A DNA stretch of 56,244 nt, taken from an uncultured bacterium (GTDB lineage Bacteria > Omnitrophota > Omnitrophia > Omnitrophales > Aquincolibacteriaceae). The first letter of the stretch is position 1; each line of letters opens with the position of its first letter. Both the position numbers and the translations under genes were made by a program. The stretch spans positions 1-56,244 of the forward strand of contig CAZLTL010000015.1 in the NCBI GenBank assembly GCA_964562525.1. The letters run 5' to 3'. Below the pieces are notes generated by a model that was not told where the DNA came from, searched no databases, and saw only the letters and a list, made by a program, of their open reading frames with translations. Positions 9,572 through 19,077 of this stretch are shown here, in pieces.

Positions 9572-10588
9572 TTATTCGGACGCGTCGTCCGCAGTAATAG
9601 GCGCTGTTTCACCCGGAAGTGATTGAAAAGCGACGATGTGTTCTTTGAGTTCCGCAAAGCTCATGCTGCGATGAAGTTTATCTCTTAAGCGGTGCACACC
9701 GGGCTGATTTTTAAAATACCAACACGAAATCCGGCGCGATTTCATCAGTCCTGAGCGCGGGTCCTCAGTTTGTTCTTCCAGTTCCAAATGCCGCAAAACC
9801 GCTTTTTTTAAGTCTTCGAGTTCAGGTTTAAACAGCGGTCGATTATTCATGGCGTTCTCAATGTTCGTGTAGAGCCATGGGTTACCCAACGCGCCGCGGC
9901 CCACCATGACTCCATCGCAGCCGGTTGTCGCCAGCATTTTCAGCGCGGCTTCGCCGGAAAAAACATCACCATTGCCCCAAACAGGAATGCTGACTGCTTT
10001 CTTGACGCGGGCAATAGCTTCCCAATCCGCAATGCCGGTATAACCTTGTTTGCGGGTGCGTCCGTGCACCGCGACGGCGGAGAATCCGGCGTCTTCCGCG
10101 TGACGGGCGATCACGGCCGCTTCATGTCCGCTGCCGTCTTCAAACCCCAAACGCATTTTGACCGTGACCGGAATTTTTTTTATTTTTTTTATCACTGCTT
10201 GAAAAATGGCCTTCGCTTTTTCAGGTTCTTTAAGCAGCGCAGATCCGCCGCCGGGACCTGTGATTTTTGGAACAGGGCAGCCCAGGTTTAAATCCAGTAA
10301 GTCAAAGCCCATTCCTTCAATCATTTCGGCGGCATTCGCCATCACTTCCGGATTACATCCGACCAGTTGGGCGCCCAGCGGACGATCAGCTTCCGCTGTT
10401 TTAAGCAAATCTGCAGTCTTGCGGCTGTCCCGGACAAGCGCTTCGGAAGAGACCATTTCGAGAAAAGCGAACTCCATTCCATATTCACGCGCTAAAAGCC
10501 GAAAAGCAAGATCCGTGCAGCCCGCCATCGGGGATTGGATAACGCGTTTCGTGAGCCGTAAATTTTTAAGTGAAATCGGTTGTGTCAT
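9572..10588 (-). CDS. dusB: tRNA-dihydrouridine synthase (DusB-like)
   Basis: IQSPMAGCTDLAFR, LDLNLGCPVPK, VTVKMRLG and VAVHGRTRKQGY. The start is moved to the ATG at 10588 (MTQPISL); the 67-aa extension in the track has no Dus similarity and overlaps the divergent gene. Confidence 0.88.
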   Translation of the reverse strand: MTQPISLKNLRLTKRVIQSPMAGCTDLAFRLLAREYGMEFAFLEMVSSEALVRDSRKTADLLKTAEADRPLGAQLVGCNPEVMANAAEMIEGMGFDLLDLNLGCPVPKITGPGGGSALLKEPEKAKAIFQAVIKKIKKIPVTVKMRLGFEDGSGHEAAVIARHAEDAGFSAVAVHGRTRKQGYTGIADWEAIARVKKAVSIPVWGNGDVFSGEAALKMLATTGCDGVMVGRGALGNPWLYTNIENAMNNRPLFKPELEDLKKAVLRHLELEEQTEDPRSGLMKSRRISCWYFKNQPGVHRLRDKLHRSMSFAELKEHIVAFQSLPGETAPITADDASE

Positions 10589-10730
10589 GGCGCACATTAT
10601 CGTCAAACCCAACGCATAAGCAAGCGGGATTCGGGAGCGCTGATTTTGATAAATCCTGACTAATTGATTGTCAGTTTGTGATTTGAAGCTATAATACCCC
10701 TCGAAAATGTCAGTATTATACGGAGATATT

Positions 10731-12896
10731 ATGTCGATAGATCCTAAGTCAACCCAATCCTGGTGCGTGATTCTGCAAACCTTTCCCAAGAAGGCTAAAA
10801 AAGAGCTTGTAGGGGAGCTTGTCCGCGGTTTTGGTTTGGATGAGAGCGAAGCAAGCGATGCGGTATCAAATCTTCCGATTGTTTTGCTGGATCAAGTTTC
10901 GCTGAATCAGGCGAAGGCGGTCAAAGAAAAAATTGAAATGACCGGTTCTGAAATTGAAATTACGAATCACGATATTATTAAAAAACAGTGTTACCGCATT
11001 GAATGGCCTGAAACTCCCAGTCTTGCTTATTTTGACGTTAAGCCCGAAGCTGTTAAAACGCCTTTAGCACCGACGCCGATTGCGCCGGCCCCTATCAAGT
11101 CTGAGCCTGCTCTCGAAACCAAGCCGCAAGCTTCTGCCGCGCCAACCACTCCGGCTGCACCGTTGAACAAACCGAAGCCTTTGGCTTCGAGTCTGACAGC
11201 TGCTTCTGAGACGAAGCCTTTCGAAAAAAACTTTGATCCCGCTAAGAAAAGCAAGAAAGCTTGGTTTCCTTTTAGTTTAAGAGGGAATAAAGAAAAGAAG
11301 CCGGAATCAAAATTGCCGCTCACCGATGTTTCGATGCCGCTTCCCGCAAAGAAAACACCGAGCTCCTTTGCGCCCAAGCCTGATTCGAATTCTGCTCCGA
11401 GCGCTTCGGCTGATTTAAAGCAGACGGAATGGCAGAAAAGAACGCGTGAGATTCAGGAGCGTCTTGAGAAAATGGGTGCTTATGTACCGGAAGCGGAAGT
11501 TAAGCCTAGTACGCGTCTGAAAGAGAAAGTTGAAGTTAAGCCTGATTCAGTTAAAGCCACTGGTAAAAAAACGGATAAAAAAGCGCCTGTTGAAGAGATT
11601 GTTTTAGCGCCGGAACCCGCGGTTCAGAAAAAGGAAGAAGTGTCTGAGCCTGCTGCGAAAAATGAATCTGAAAATAAGAATGTTCCGACGCCTGTTGTGG
11701 ATAAGTCGGTAGATGTTAAAAATCAATCTAATGAGCTGCTCGAGAAAATTCAGAAATTAGAAAATGAACTTTTACAGAAGAAACAACACCTTGAAGAGAA
11801 GCATGCCGAAGTTGAGCAGCGCAGTAAAGCGATTGAATCAGAGCAATCCCTCGTTGAGCAACGCCGCAGAGAAATTGAAGAGCGTCACGCTTTGATTGAG
11901 CGGCAAAAAAAAGAAATCGAAGAGAAGCATTCTCTTGTGGAGCAGCGCGGTAAAGAAATTGATGAGAAGCACGCTCAAGTCGAAGATGTCCGTAAGGTCG
12001 AGCTTACTTTTAGTGAGAAGGTCGAGCAGCTCGAGAAAGCGCTTAATGCGAAAGAGCAGCATCTAACGGAAAAGCATTCTGAGTTAGAGCAGAAATCTGA
12101 AAGAGAAAAAAATCTTACTGAGGCCGTAGCGAGTTTGGAATTGAGATTGGCAGAACAGTCCGCCTCCGCGGAGTCGAGCAAGCAGGAAATCGCGAGACTT
12201 ACTGCACTTCTGGACGAGACAGTCCGCGCGAAAGATCAGGAAATCGATTCTTTCCAAAAACGGATGCAGGAAATCGGCAATAAATTCCAAATTTTAGAGC
12301 AAGGTCTCTATGAAAAGCAGGACGAGCTTGCACGGAAAGATTCTGAACTTCAGCAAAAGGATCAGAAAATTCAGGATTTGCAAATTCAGTTGGCCGATTT
12401 GGATAAGAAAGTTCAAGAAGCTCAATCGTCCGAAAAAGATAAAGAGCAGCAAATCGCTAATTTAAATGCGCGCGAAAAAGAACTTTTGAAAAAAGTCGAA
12501 AGCCTGGATAAGACGCTTGTTGAAATGGGTGAATCGTTGGGGCAGCGCGATGAATCTTTGCGTCAACGCGATGAGGTTCTCGTAGCTTTGGAAAGGCGCG
12601 TTCAGGATTTAGCTGAAAAGACAGGCAACTTAGAGGTCTTGAAGTCGGCGCACGCGAAGTTAGTTCATGAGCATGAAGATGTTGCTGGCCGGTATGCCCG
12701 AATCTCAGAAGAGTACCGCCGCTTTAAAAGCAAAAGTGAGCGCAAAACAGCCTCTTTAACCCGCGAAATGGGTGAGTGGGTTCGCAAGGTCGATCATCTG
12801 CGCCAGGGACTGCAAAAGTTTAATCAGAACATAATTCGGCCCGATGTTGCCGAAGAGCAGGACCCCGAGGCAGAGTCATCCGCTCCTTCAGCCTAA
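10731..12896 (+). CDS. Protein with a ribosomal L7/L12 C-terminal-domain-like N-terminus, a Pro/Ala/Lys-rich linker and a ~450-aa coiled coil
   Basis: KKELVGELVRGFGLDESEASDAVSNLPIVLLDQVSLNQAKAVKEKIEMTGSEIEI follows the L7/L12 CTD pattern (VRG..GL..EA..V...P..L...VS...A...K..IE..G.E.E.). GGAG lies 5 nt upstream of the ATG at 10731. The remainder is E/K/Q-rich heptad sequence. Confidence 0.7.
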   Translation: MSIDPKSTQSWCVILQTFPKKAKKELVGELVRGFGLDESEASDAVSNLPIVLLDQVSLNQAKAVKEKIEMTGSEIEITNHDIIKKQCYRIEWPETPSLAYFDVKPEAVKTPLAPTPIAPAPIKSEPALETKPQASAAPTTPAAPLNKPKPLASSLTAASETKPFEKNFDPAKKSKKAWFPFSLRGNKEKKPESKLPLTDVSMPLPAKKTPSSFAPKPDSNSAPSASADLKQTEWQKRTREIQERLEKMGAYVPEAEVKPSTRLKEKVEVKPDSVKATGKKTDKKAPVEEIVLAPEPAVQKKEEVSEPAAKNESENKNVPTPVVDKSVDVKNQSNELLEKIQKLENELLQKKQHLEEKHAEVEQRSKAIESEQSLVEQRRREIEERHALIERQKKEIEEKHSLVEQRGKEIDEKHAQVEDVRKVELTFSEKVEQLEKALNAKEQHLTEKHSELEQKSEREKNLTEAVASLELRLAEQSASAESSKQEIARLTALLDETVRAKDQEIDSFQKRMQEIGNKFQILEQGLYEKQDELARKDSELQQKDQKIQDLQIQLADLDKKVQEAQSSEKDKEQQIANLNAREKELLKKVESLDKTLVEMGESLGQRDESLRQRDEVLVALERRVQDLAEKTGNLEVLKSAHAKLVHEHEDVAGRYARISEEYRRFKSKSERKTASLTREMGEWVRKVDHLRQGLQKFNQNIIRPDVAEEQDPEAESSAPSA
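11793..12002 (+). repeat. Five tandem 42-bp (14-aa) coding repeats, consensus EEKH(A/S)LVEQR.KEI
   Basis: EEKHAEVEQRSKAI / ESEQSLVEQRRREI / EERHALIERQKKEI / EEKHSLVEQRGKEI / DEKHAQVEDVRKVE, read directly from the translation. Confidence 0.85.
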
Positions 12897-13005
12897 CTGC
12901 TTGAGGCATATCAGGTTAACTGATCTTTGAATTGCCTTGACCAGCCCTTAGCTTTCTGATAAAAATCTCCCTCCATTCACAGGGCTTAAGTTCAAATTTA
13001 ATATC

Positions 13006-13896
13006 ATGACACAGACACGATTGCCAAATTGGTTAAGGCGCTCTATGCCCGTTTTTTCCGCGGAAAAAACGCATGCGATTCTCGACCGGCATAAGCTCAA
13101 TACCGTCTGTGAGTCGGCAAAATGCCCGAACCGTAACGAGTGCTATTCCCATCAGACAGCAACCTTCATGATTTTGGGAAATACCTGCACGCGCAGCTGC
13201 CGTTTTTGTAATGTTGCCACGGGAAAAGGCGAGGTTCTTCAGCCTGATGAACCGATGCGGGTTGCGCGGGCGGCGAAAGAGTTGGGGCTCAAGTATGTTG
13301 TCGTGACGTCAGTTGCTCGTGATGACCTTGCCGACGAAGGTGCGGCTCACTTTGCCGAGACCGTGGTTTGTATTCGCCGCGAAATTCCCGGAGTTCAAAT
13401 TGAAGTTTTAACCCCGGACTTTCATGCTCGTCCTGAGTTGATTAGTCAGATTGTTGCGGCAAAGCCGGAAGTTTATAACCATAATTTGGAAACGGTCCGT
13501 CGTTTAACCCCGCAGGTGCGCGTCCAGGCTAAATATGACCGCTCGCTTGAAATGTTGAAACTGATTAAACGAATTGACCCTAAGATGACCACGAAAAGCG
13601 GATTGATGCTTGGACTGGGAGAAACGGAATCTGAGCTTGACGAATCATGCAAAGATTTATTGGATGCGGGTGTGAATATTTTAACTTTAGGTCAATATTT
13701 GCGGCCAAGTGCCGATCATCTTCCGGTGTCGGAATTTGTTCATCCCGACAAGTTTTTTGAATTATCCGAAAGATACAAGAAAATGGGATTCAATCAAGTT
13801 TTTGCGGGTCCTTATGTACGCAGTTCTTATCATGCCGGAGAAACTTACAGCAAAGTTCTTGCGGCGGCACCCGCGGCGGAAGCCGCTATTATTTGA
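13006..13896 (+). CDS. lipA: Lipoyl synthase
   Basis: CESAKCPNRNEC auxiliary cluster, radical SAM CTRSCRFC motif, and VVTSVARDDL. Confidence 0.96.
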   Translation: MTQTRLPNWLRRSMPVFSAEKTHAILDRHKLNTVCESAKCPNRNECYSHQTATFMILGNTCTRSCRFCNVATGKGEVLQPDEPMRVARAAKELGLKYVVVTSVARDDLADEGAAHFAETVVCIRREIPGVQIEVLTPDFHARPELISQIVAAKPEVYNHNLETVRRLTPQVRVQAKYDRSLEMLKLIKRIDPKMTTKSGLMLGLGETESELDESCKDLLDAGVNILTLGQYLRPSADHLPVSEFVHPDKFFELSERYKKMGFNQVFAGPYVRSSYHAGETYSKVLAAAPAAEAAII

Positions 13897-13905
13897 GAGA
13901 TATTT

Positions 13906-14151
13906 ATGAAAGAAGTTTTATTGTCAGGGCTGCCTGTTAACGTTGATGAGGCTCAGGTTCAAACCTGGTTTTATGAAGAAGGCGACGCGGTGAATGAAGG
14001 GGATGAGCTTGTTGAGCTTTTAGTCAATGACGCGACGTTTACTTTGGCTGCGCCCTGTGCCGGAATTTTATCTGAAGTTTATTATGATGAAGGTGAAACC
14101 GTTGAACGCGACGAAGTGATTTGCGCGATCGACATCGAAGACGCGGAATAA
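13906..14151 (+). CDS. Stand-alone lipoyl/biotinyl-domain-like protein lacking the acceptor lysine
   Basis: The 81-aa sequence matches the E2 lipoyl-domain pattern (V..W...EGD.V..GD.L.E......A....A...G.L......EG..V). The position of the (E)TDKA lysine reads VNDAT, and the only Lys in the protein is K2. Confidence 0.65.
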   Translation: MKEVLLSGLPVNVDEAQVQTWFYEEGDAVNEGDELVELLVNDATFTLAAPCAGILSEVYYDEGETVERDEVICAIDIEDAE

Positions 14152-14169
14152 ACCGCGAGGAGAAAATTT

Positions 14170-15396
14170 GTGAAATTTGTAGAAGCTGACCGTTTAAAAC
14201 AATTACCGCCGTATCTTTTTACCACCGTGGACGGATGGAAAAAAGAGGTTCAGGCGCAAGGTAAGGAAATTTTTGATTTCAGCATGGGAAATCCTGAACT
14301 TCCTCCCGCGGCGCATGTTGTTAAAGCGCTCGAGAAGTCTCTTAAAATGAAAGATATCCATAAATACTCCAAATCATTTTGGGAGATTGAAAAGAATTTT
14401 CGCAAGGCGATCGCGGCTTGGTACAAAAGGAAATTCAATGTCACTTTGGATCCCGAGACTGAGGTTTTGCCTTTGATCGGTTCAAAAGAAGGGATTGCGA
14501 ATTTAGCCGTCGCTTTTTTGAATCCGGGCGATGTGGCAGTGATTCCTTCGCCCGCGTATCCGATTCATTTCAATAGTGTGATGATTAACGGCGGGCAGCT
14601 TTATAATTTGCCACTGAAAGAAGAGGAAGGCTTTTTACCAGACTTTGACGCGATTCCCAAAAAAATCGCCGACAAAACCAAGCTCATGATTGTTTGTTAC
14701 CCGCACAATCCTACCGCCGCAACAGCGGATTTAGCTTTCTTTAAAAAATGCGTTGCTTGGGCCAGCAAGCGGGAAATGATTTTCGTAAATGACCTCGCGT
14801 ATTCGGACTTCGTTTTCACGAAAGACAAAGCTCCAAGCATCATGCAGGTTCCGGGGGCGAAAGAGCGTTGCGTTGAATTTCATACTTTTTCGAAGTCATA
14901 CAGTTTGGCGGGTTGGCGACTTGGATTTGCGGTCGGAAACGCGCAGGTTTTAAAAGGGCTTTATAAGGCTAAGAGCTATGTCGATTTCGGAATTTTCCGC
15001 GGGCTTCAGTACGCGGCGACGCAGGCGCTGAATGGTCCTCAGGGTTATGTCAAAAAAATCGTCAACATTTACAAAAAGCGCGTTGATCTTTTTGTTGATG
15101 GCCTCAACAAAGCGGGCTGGAAAACAACGAAGCCCAAGGCGACTTTTTATGTTTGGACGCGGATTCCTGAGGCTTATCGTCATTTGAACTCCATGCAATT
15201 TACCGAGCTTTTGGTTCGGAAAACCGGTGTGGCCGTTGCTCCGGGGACAGGCTTTGGCGAGTTTGGTGAGGGGTATATCCGCTTTGCTCTTGTTCAGAAC
15301 GAAGCCGTGATCCGCAAAGCGCTTAAACAAATCGATCTTTTCCTCAATCCGCGGTCACATTCGGGCTCTGCGCGTCGCGCAACCGCAAAGAAGTAA
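14170..15396 (+). CDS. Class I/II PLP-dependent aminotransferase (substrate not assignable)
   Basis: LPPYLFTTVD, FSMGNPELPP, YPHNPT and the TFSKSYSLAGWRLGF PLP-lysine motif. GTG start. Confidence 0.85.
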   Translation: MKFVEADRLKQLPPYLFTTVDGWKKEVQAQGKEIFDFSMGNPELPPAAHVVKALEKSLKMKDIHKYSKSFWEIEKNFRKAIAAWYKRKFNVTLDPETEVLPLIGSKEGIANLAVAFLNPGDVAVIPSPAYPIHFNSVMINGGQLYNLPLKEEEGFLPDFDAIPKKIADKTKLMIVCYPHNPTAATADLAFFKKCVAWASKREMIFVNDLAYSDFVFTKDKAPSIMQVPGAKERCVEFHTFSKSYSLAGWRLGFAVGNAQVLKGLYKAKSYVDFGIFRGLQYAATQALNGPQGYVKKIVNIYKKRVDLFVDGLNKAGWKTTKPKATFYVWTRIPEAYRHLNSMQFTELLVRKTGVAVAPGTGFGEFGEGYIRFALVQNEAVIRKALKQIDLFLNPRSHSGSARRATAKK

Positions 15397-15404
15397 ACTT
15401 TTCG

Positions 15405-16211
15405 ATGAGTTCAGCGAGCCGCAACCCGATCGGAGTTTTTGATTCCGGTTTGGGCGGCTTGACGGTGGTGAAGCAAATTCGGCGGATGCTGCCGAATGAA
15501 GACATCATCTACATTGGGGATTTGGCCTACCTTCCTTACGGTAATAAATCACAGCGGCAAATTCAGGAGCGCTCTTTGGCTTGCGCTCGTTTTCTTCTTG
15601 AGAAAAAGGCGAAAGCCATTGTGATCGCGTGCAACTCCGCTTCCGCTTATGCTTATCCTTACGTGAAAAGCCGTGTCAAAGAGCCGGTGATGAATGTGAT
15701 CGACGCTGTAGTTGAAGATGCCGTTCGCTTCACGCAGAACAAGCGCATCGGTGTCATCGCGACGCAGGCGACGGTTCAAAGTTCCAGCTACGAAAAAAAA
15801 CTAATGCGTGCCGGCGACAAGATTTCTTTTTTTCTGCGCGCCTGCCCGCTTTTTGTTCCCTTGGTTGAAGAAGGCGAAATACAAGGGCCTATTGTTGAAA
15901 ATGTTGCCGCAAAATATTTGCAGCCTTTTAAATCCAAAAAAGTGGATACACTTATTTTGGGATGCACACATTACCCCCTCATTCGCGGCGTGATTCAGAA
16001 AGAAATGGGGGGCAAGGTGACTTTGGTTGATTCCGCCGAACCCACCGCGTTCAAGCTTAAAAAATTGCTTTTCAAGAAGGACTTGATTGCGAAGCGTAAA
16101 AACGCCGGAAGTTTGAAAGTTTTTGTTACGGATCACGGCCGTAATTTTGTAAAAATCGGCAGCAAGTTTTTGGGTGAAGAAATTAAGAGTTTTAAGCTTG
16201 TCCGTGTATGA
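15405..16211 (+). CDS. murI: Glutamate racemase
   Basis: IGVFDSGLGGLTV, IACNSASA and LGCTHYPL. Confidence 0.95.
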   Translation: MSSASRNPIGVFDSGLGGLTVVKQIRRMLPNEDIIYIGDLAYLPYGNKSQRQIQERSLACARFLLEKKAKAIVIACNSASAYAYPYVKSRVKEPVMNVIDAVVEDAVRFTQNKRIGVIATQATVQSSSYEKKLMRAGDKISFFLRACPLFVPLVEEGEIQGPIVENVAAKYLQPFKSKKVDTLILGCTHYPLIRGVIQKEMGGKVTLVDSAEPTAFKLKKLLFKKDLIAKRKNAGSLKVFVTDHGRNFVKIGSKFLGEEIKSFKLVRV

Positions 16212-16876
16212 AAAAGAAAGTAATTTGTTTGCTTTCCGGAGGACTGGATTCGGCGGTTTGTGCTTATGAAGCCCACCGGCTTGGTTACGAAGTCATTGGT
16301 CTCAACCTGAATTACGGTCAGCGTCATTTCAAGGAAATTCTTTCCGCGCGCGCGATTGCGAAGTCTTTAAAAATCAAACTTTACGAAGTTAATTTTCAAA
16401 TGCCTTGGCGCGGTAGTTCTTTGACCGATAAAAAAATGGCCTTCCATGACGCCGCGAGCGTTAAGCAGATTTCCAAGCGTATTCCCAACACTTATGTTCC
16501 TGCACGGAACAGTGTTTTTTTGGCTCTGGCGGCATCATGCGCCGAAGCGGAGCGCGCCGTCGGAATTTTTATCGGAGCTAATGCTGTCGATTACAGCGGA
16601 TATCCAGACTGCCGTCCGAAGTTTTTACAATCATTTGAGCGAATGATGAAATTGGGGACCAAAGCAGGTGATGAAGGTCACGCAATTAAGATATTTGCGC
16701 CGCTCTTAAGGCTTTCTAAAAAGCAGATTATTCTCAGGGCGATTCGTTTAGGTGTCCCGCTTGAAAAAACATGGTCTTGCTACCGCGGTGAAACGAAGCC
16801 TTGTAAGCGTTGTGACTCTTGTTTATTGCGAGCTAAAGGTTTTGAAGAAGCAGCTCTTAAAGATCCCACTCTATGA
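16208..16876 (+). CDS. queC: 7-cyano-7-deazaguanine synthase
   Basis: LLSGGLDS PP-loop and a C-terminal Zn motif CYRGETKPCKRCDSCLLR. Overlaps murI by 4 nt. Confidence 0.95.
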   Translation: MKKKVICLLSGGLDSAVCAYEAHRLGYEVIGLNLNYGQRHFKEILSARAIAKSLKIKLYEVNFQMPWRGSSLTDKKMAFHDAASVKQISKRIPNTYVPARNSVFLALAASCAEAERAVGIFIGANAVDYSGYPDCRPKFLQSFERMMKLGTKAGDEGHAIKIFAPLLRLSKKQIILRAIRLGVPLEKTWSCYRGETKPCKRCDSCLLRAKGFEEAALKDPTL

Positions 16877-17586
16877 AAACACCCGCAACCGCTGACGGCG
16901 CCAAAATCACCGAGATTTTTTCATCACTGCAAGGTGAGGGCCCGTATGCCGGCTCCAAGCATATTTTTATCCGATTTGAAGAATGTCATATGCATTGCAC
17001 TTATTGCGATGAAATTCACAAAGTTGGAAGTGAATGGACTGTAGCTCGTGTTGTGGAAGAAGTAGCCCGGCTTGAAAAAGAAAACGGACCGCATCTGCAT
17101 GTCAGTTTAACGGGCGGCGAACCTCTGCTTTATTTACCTTTTATTAAGCCCTTGATTAAAGAGCTGAAGCGCTTGAGGTTTGAAATTTATTTGGAAACAA
17201 GCGGTGTTTTGTGGCGTGCGCTCGATGAAGTGGTCGAGGATTGCCAAGTTGTGGCGATGGACTTGAAACCCGCGAGCGTGACCAAAGAAAAATCTTATTT
17301 GGAAGATCACCGCAAATTCTTAACGATGGCGTTGGCTCGTGAAACTTTTTTGAAGATGGTAATTTCAAAAGAAATCGATTACCGAGAATACGACGAGTTG
17401 GTTAAAATGGTTAATAGCATTCATCCCAACTTGACGCTTTTCTTGCAGCCTCTTTCCACAACAGTGGAAGGGCATGATGATCCGGAGTTGATGCGGATAC
17501 TGTTAGAATTGCAGTCCCGCGGGCAAGCTTGGATTAAAGATATTCGTATTGGTTTGCGTTTGCACCGGCTTTTAAATATTCGTTAA
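16873..17586 (+). CDS. queE: 7-carboxy-7-deazaguanine synthase (radical SAM)
   Basis: EIFSSLQGEGPYAG, CHMHCTYCD and LTGGEPLL. Overlaps queC by 4 nt. Confidence 0.9.
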   Translation: MKTPATADGAKITEIFSSLQGEGPYAGSKHIFIRFEECHMHCTYCDEIHKVGSEWTVARVVEEVARLEKENGPHLHVSLTGGEPLLYLPFIKPLIKELKRLRFEIYLETSGVLWRALDEVVEDCQVVAMDLKPASVTKEKSYLEDHRKFLTMALARETFLKMVISKEIDYREYDELVKMVNSIHPNLTLFLQPLSTTVEGHDDPELMRILLELQSRGQAWIKDIRIGLRLHRLLNIR

Positions 17587-17595
17587 GGAGGAAAC

Positions 17596-18309
17596 ATGAA
17601 AAGATCTGATGGACGGACCCCCTCACAGCTTCGAACCGTAAAAATGAAACCGAATTATTTGAAAAAAGCATCCGGTTCCTGCTTTATTCAAATGGGCGAT
17701 ACGCATGTCCTTTGCACCGCCTCAGTTGAAAATTCAGTTCCGGGTTTTTTGAAAGGCAAAGGCAAGGGATGGGTTACGGCGGAATACGGCATGTTGCCCG
17801 GCTCGAGCGATCAACGCATTACCCGCGAAGCAGCCAAGGGAAAGCAGTCCGGCCGTACGCAGGAAATACAGCGACTCATCGGGCGCAGTCTGCGCGCTAT
17901 CATCGATTTAGAGAAGCTGGGCGAGCGCAGCATCGTTATGGATGCGGATGTTATTCAGGCGGATGGCGGAACCCGCACTGCGGCAATTACAGGTTGTTTT
18001 GTGGCACTCAAGATGGCCGTCGACAAACTTCTTAAGAGCGGAGAGTTAAAGGAAAACCCAATCCGTGATTATGTTGCCGCAGTGAGCGTGGGCGTCGTGA
18101 ATGAGACTCCCTTGCTTGATCTTTGCTATGTTGAGGATTCCGCAGCGGAAGTGGACATGAATGTGGTGATGACGGGGTCGGGAAAGTTTGTGGAAGTTCA
18201 AGGTACCGCCGAGTCAGCACCTTTTTCTGATAAAGACATGAGCGCGTTGATTAAGCATGCTAAGAAAGGCATTGCCGAGTTGATTCGTCTCCAAAAAAAA
18301 ATAGCTTAA
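17596..18309 (+). CDS. rph: Ribonuclease PH
   Basis: [24 protein letters not shown] and [18 protein letters not shown]. Confidence 0.97.
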   Translation: MKRSDGRTPSQLRTVKMKPNYLKKASGSCFIQMGDTHVLCTASVENSVPGFLKGKGKGWVTAEYGMLPGSSDQRITREAAKGKQSGRTQEIQRLIGRSLRAIIDLEKLGERSIVMDADVIQADGGTRTAAITGCFVALKMAVDKLLKSGELKENPIRDYVAAVSVGVVNETPLLDLCYVEDSAAEVDMNVVMTGSGKFVEVQGTAESAPFSDKDMSALIKHAKKGIAELIRLQKKIA

Positions 18310-18924
18310 ATGCAGAAGCTACTGATTGCGACGACCAATGCCGGGAAAGTCCGCGAATTTGAAAGTCTGTTTCAAGGATTGCCGGTGGAATTGGTTTCAT
18401 TGAAGTCTATTCTGAATTTAAAAGAAGTTCCCGAAACCGGCGATGCTTTTGCCGAGAACGCACTTTTAAAAGCCCGCGGCTACGCATTGCAAGCAGGGAT
18501 GATGACATTGGCTGAAGACTCCGGTCTTTGTTGTGATGCTCTTGAGGGTGCGCCGGGTATTTTTTCGGCGCGCTTTTCGGGTGAAGGTAAGAATGACGCG
18601 GATAATAACCGCAAATTGCTTGCTCTTTTTGAGAAAATCCCTGTTAATTGCCGCGGCGCGCAGTATGAATCACATATTGCTATTGTGAGAGCGGATGGGC
18701 AAGTCATTGGGACGTGTTTCGGATTGGTGCGGGGAGTGATACATCATTCTGAAGTCGGCAGCCAAGGGTTCGGATATGATCCTTTGTTTTTTTACCCGCC
18801 TTTTCAGAAGACTTTTGGTGAAGTGCCGCTTGAGGAAAAAAACAAGGTTTCGCATCGTGCAAAAGCGATGCAAAAAGCGGAAAAGATTTTAAGTGAGTAT
18901 CTCAAGACGGAGATCAAGGCATAG
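18310..18924 (+). CDS. rdgB: Non-canonical purine NTP pyrophosphatase (RdgB/HAM1)
   Basis: LLIATTNAGKVREF, EDSGLCCDALEGAPGIFSARF, GFGYDPLF and SHRAKA. Confidence 0.94.
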   Translation: MQKLLIATTNAGKVREFESLFQGLPVELVSLKSILNLKEVPETGDAFAENALLKARGYALQAGMMTLAEDSGLCCDALEGAPGIFSARFSGEGKNDADNNRKLLALFEKIPVNCRGAQYESHIAIVRADGQVIGTCFGLVRGVIHHSEVGSQGFGYDPLFFYPPFQKTFGEVPLEEKNKVSHRAKAMQKAEKILSEYLKTEIKA

Positions 18925-18965
18925 CTCAAATAGGTTTGATTAACACTTGAAGTTCAGACCCTTCC

Positions 18966-18993
18966 TAGTCTATAGTCTTCGGTCTTTAGTCTG
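18966..18993. repeat. Four tandem heptamers TAGTCTA/TAGTCTT/CGGTCTT/TAGTCTG, ending 7 nt upstream of tRNA-Val
   Basis: Read directly from the sequence. Confidence 0.8.
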
Positions 18994-19000
18994 GTTTTGC

Positions 19001-19077
19001 GGGTGATTAGCTCAGCTGGTTAGAGCACTACCTCGACAAGGTAGGGGTCACTGGTTCGAATCCAGTATCACCCACCA
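19001..19077 (+). tRNA. tRNA-Val (anticodon GAC), CCA encoded
   Basis: Hand-folded cloverleaf. Acceptor GGGTGAT/ATCACCC, D arm GCTC-AGCTGGTTA-GAGC, anticodon arm CTACC-TCGACAA-GGTAG, variable loop GGGTC, T arm ACTGG-TTCGAAT-CCAGT, discriminator A, then CCA. A T(8) run follows. Confidence 0.93.

Noticed and set aside
10174-10190. T(8)-A-T(8) tract inside dus, and A(8)/T(9) runs at 23871-23890, as possible phase-variation tracts.
   Set aside because: These are shorter than the 11-nt tracts reported above and lie in genes with no expected phase variation. They encode ordinary Lys/Phe runs in an AT-leaning genome.
16150-16210. Looked for a preQ1 riboswitch upstream of queC/queE.
   Set aside because: queC overlaps murI by 4 nt and queE overlaps queC by 4 nt, so there is no leader in which a riboswitch could sit.
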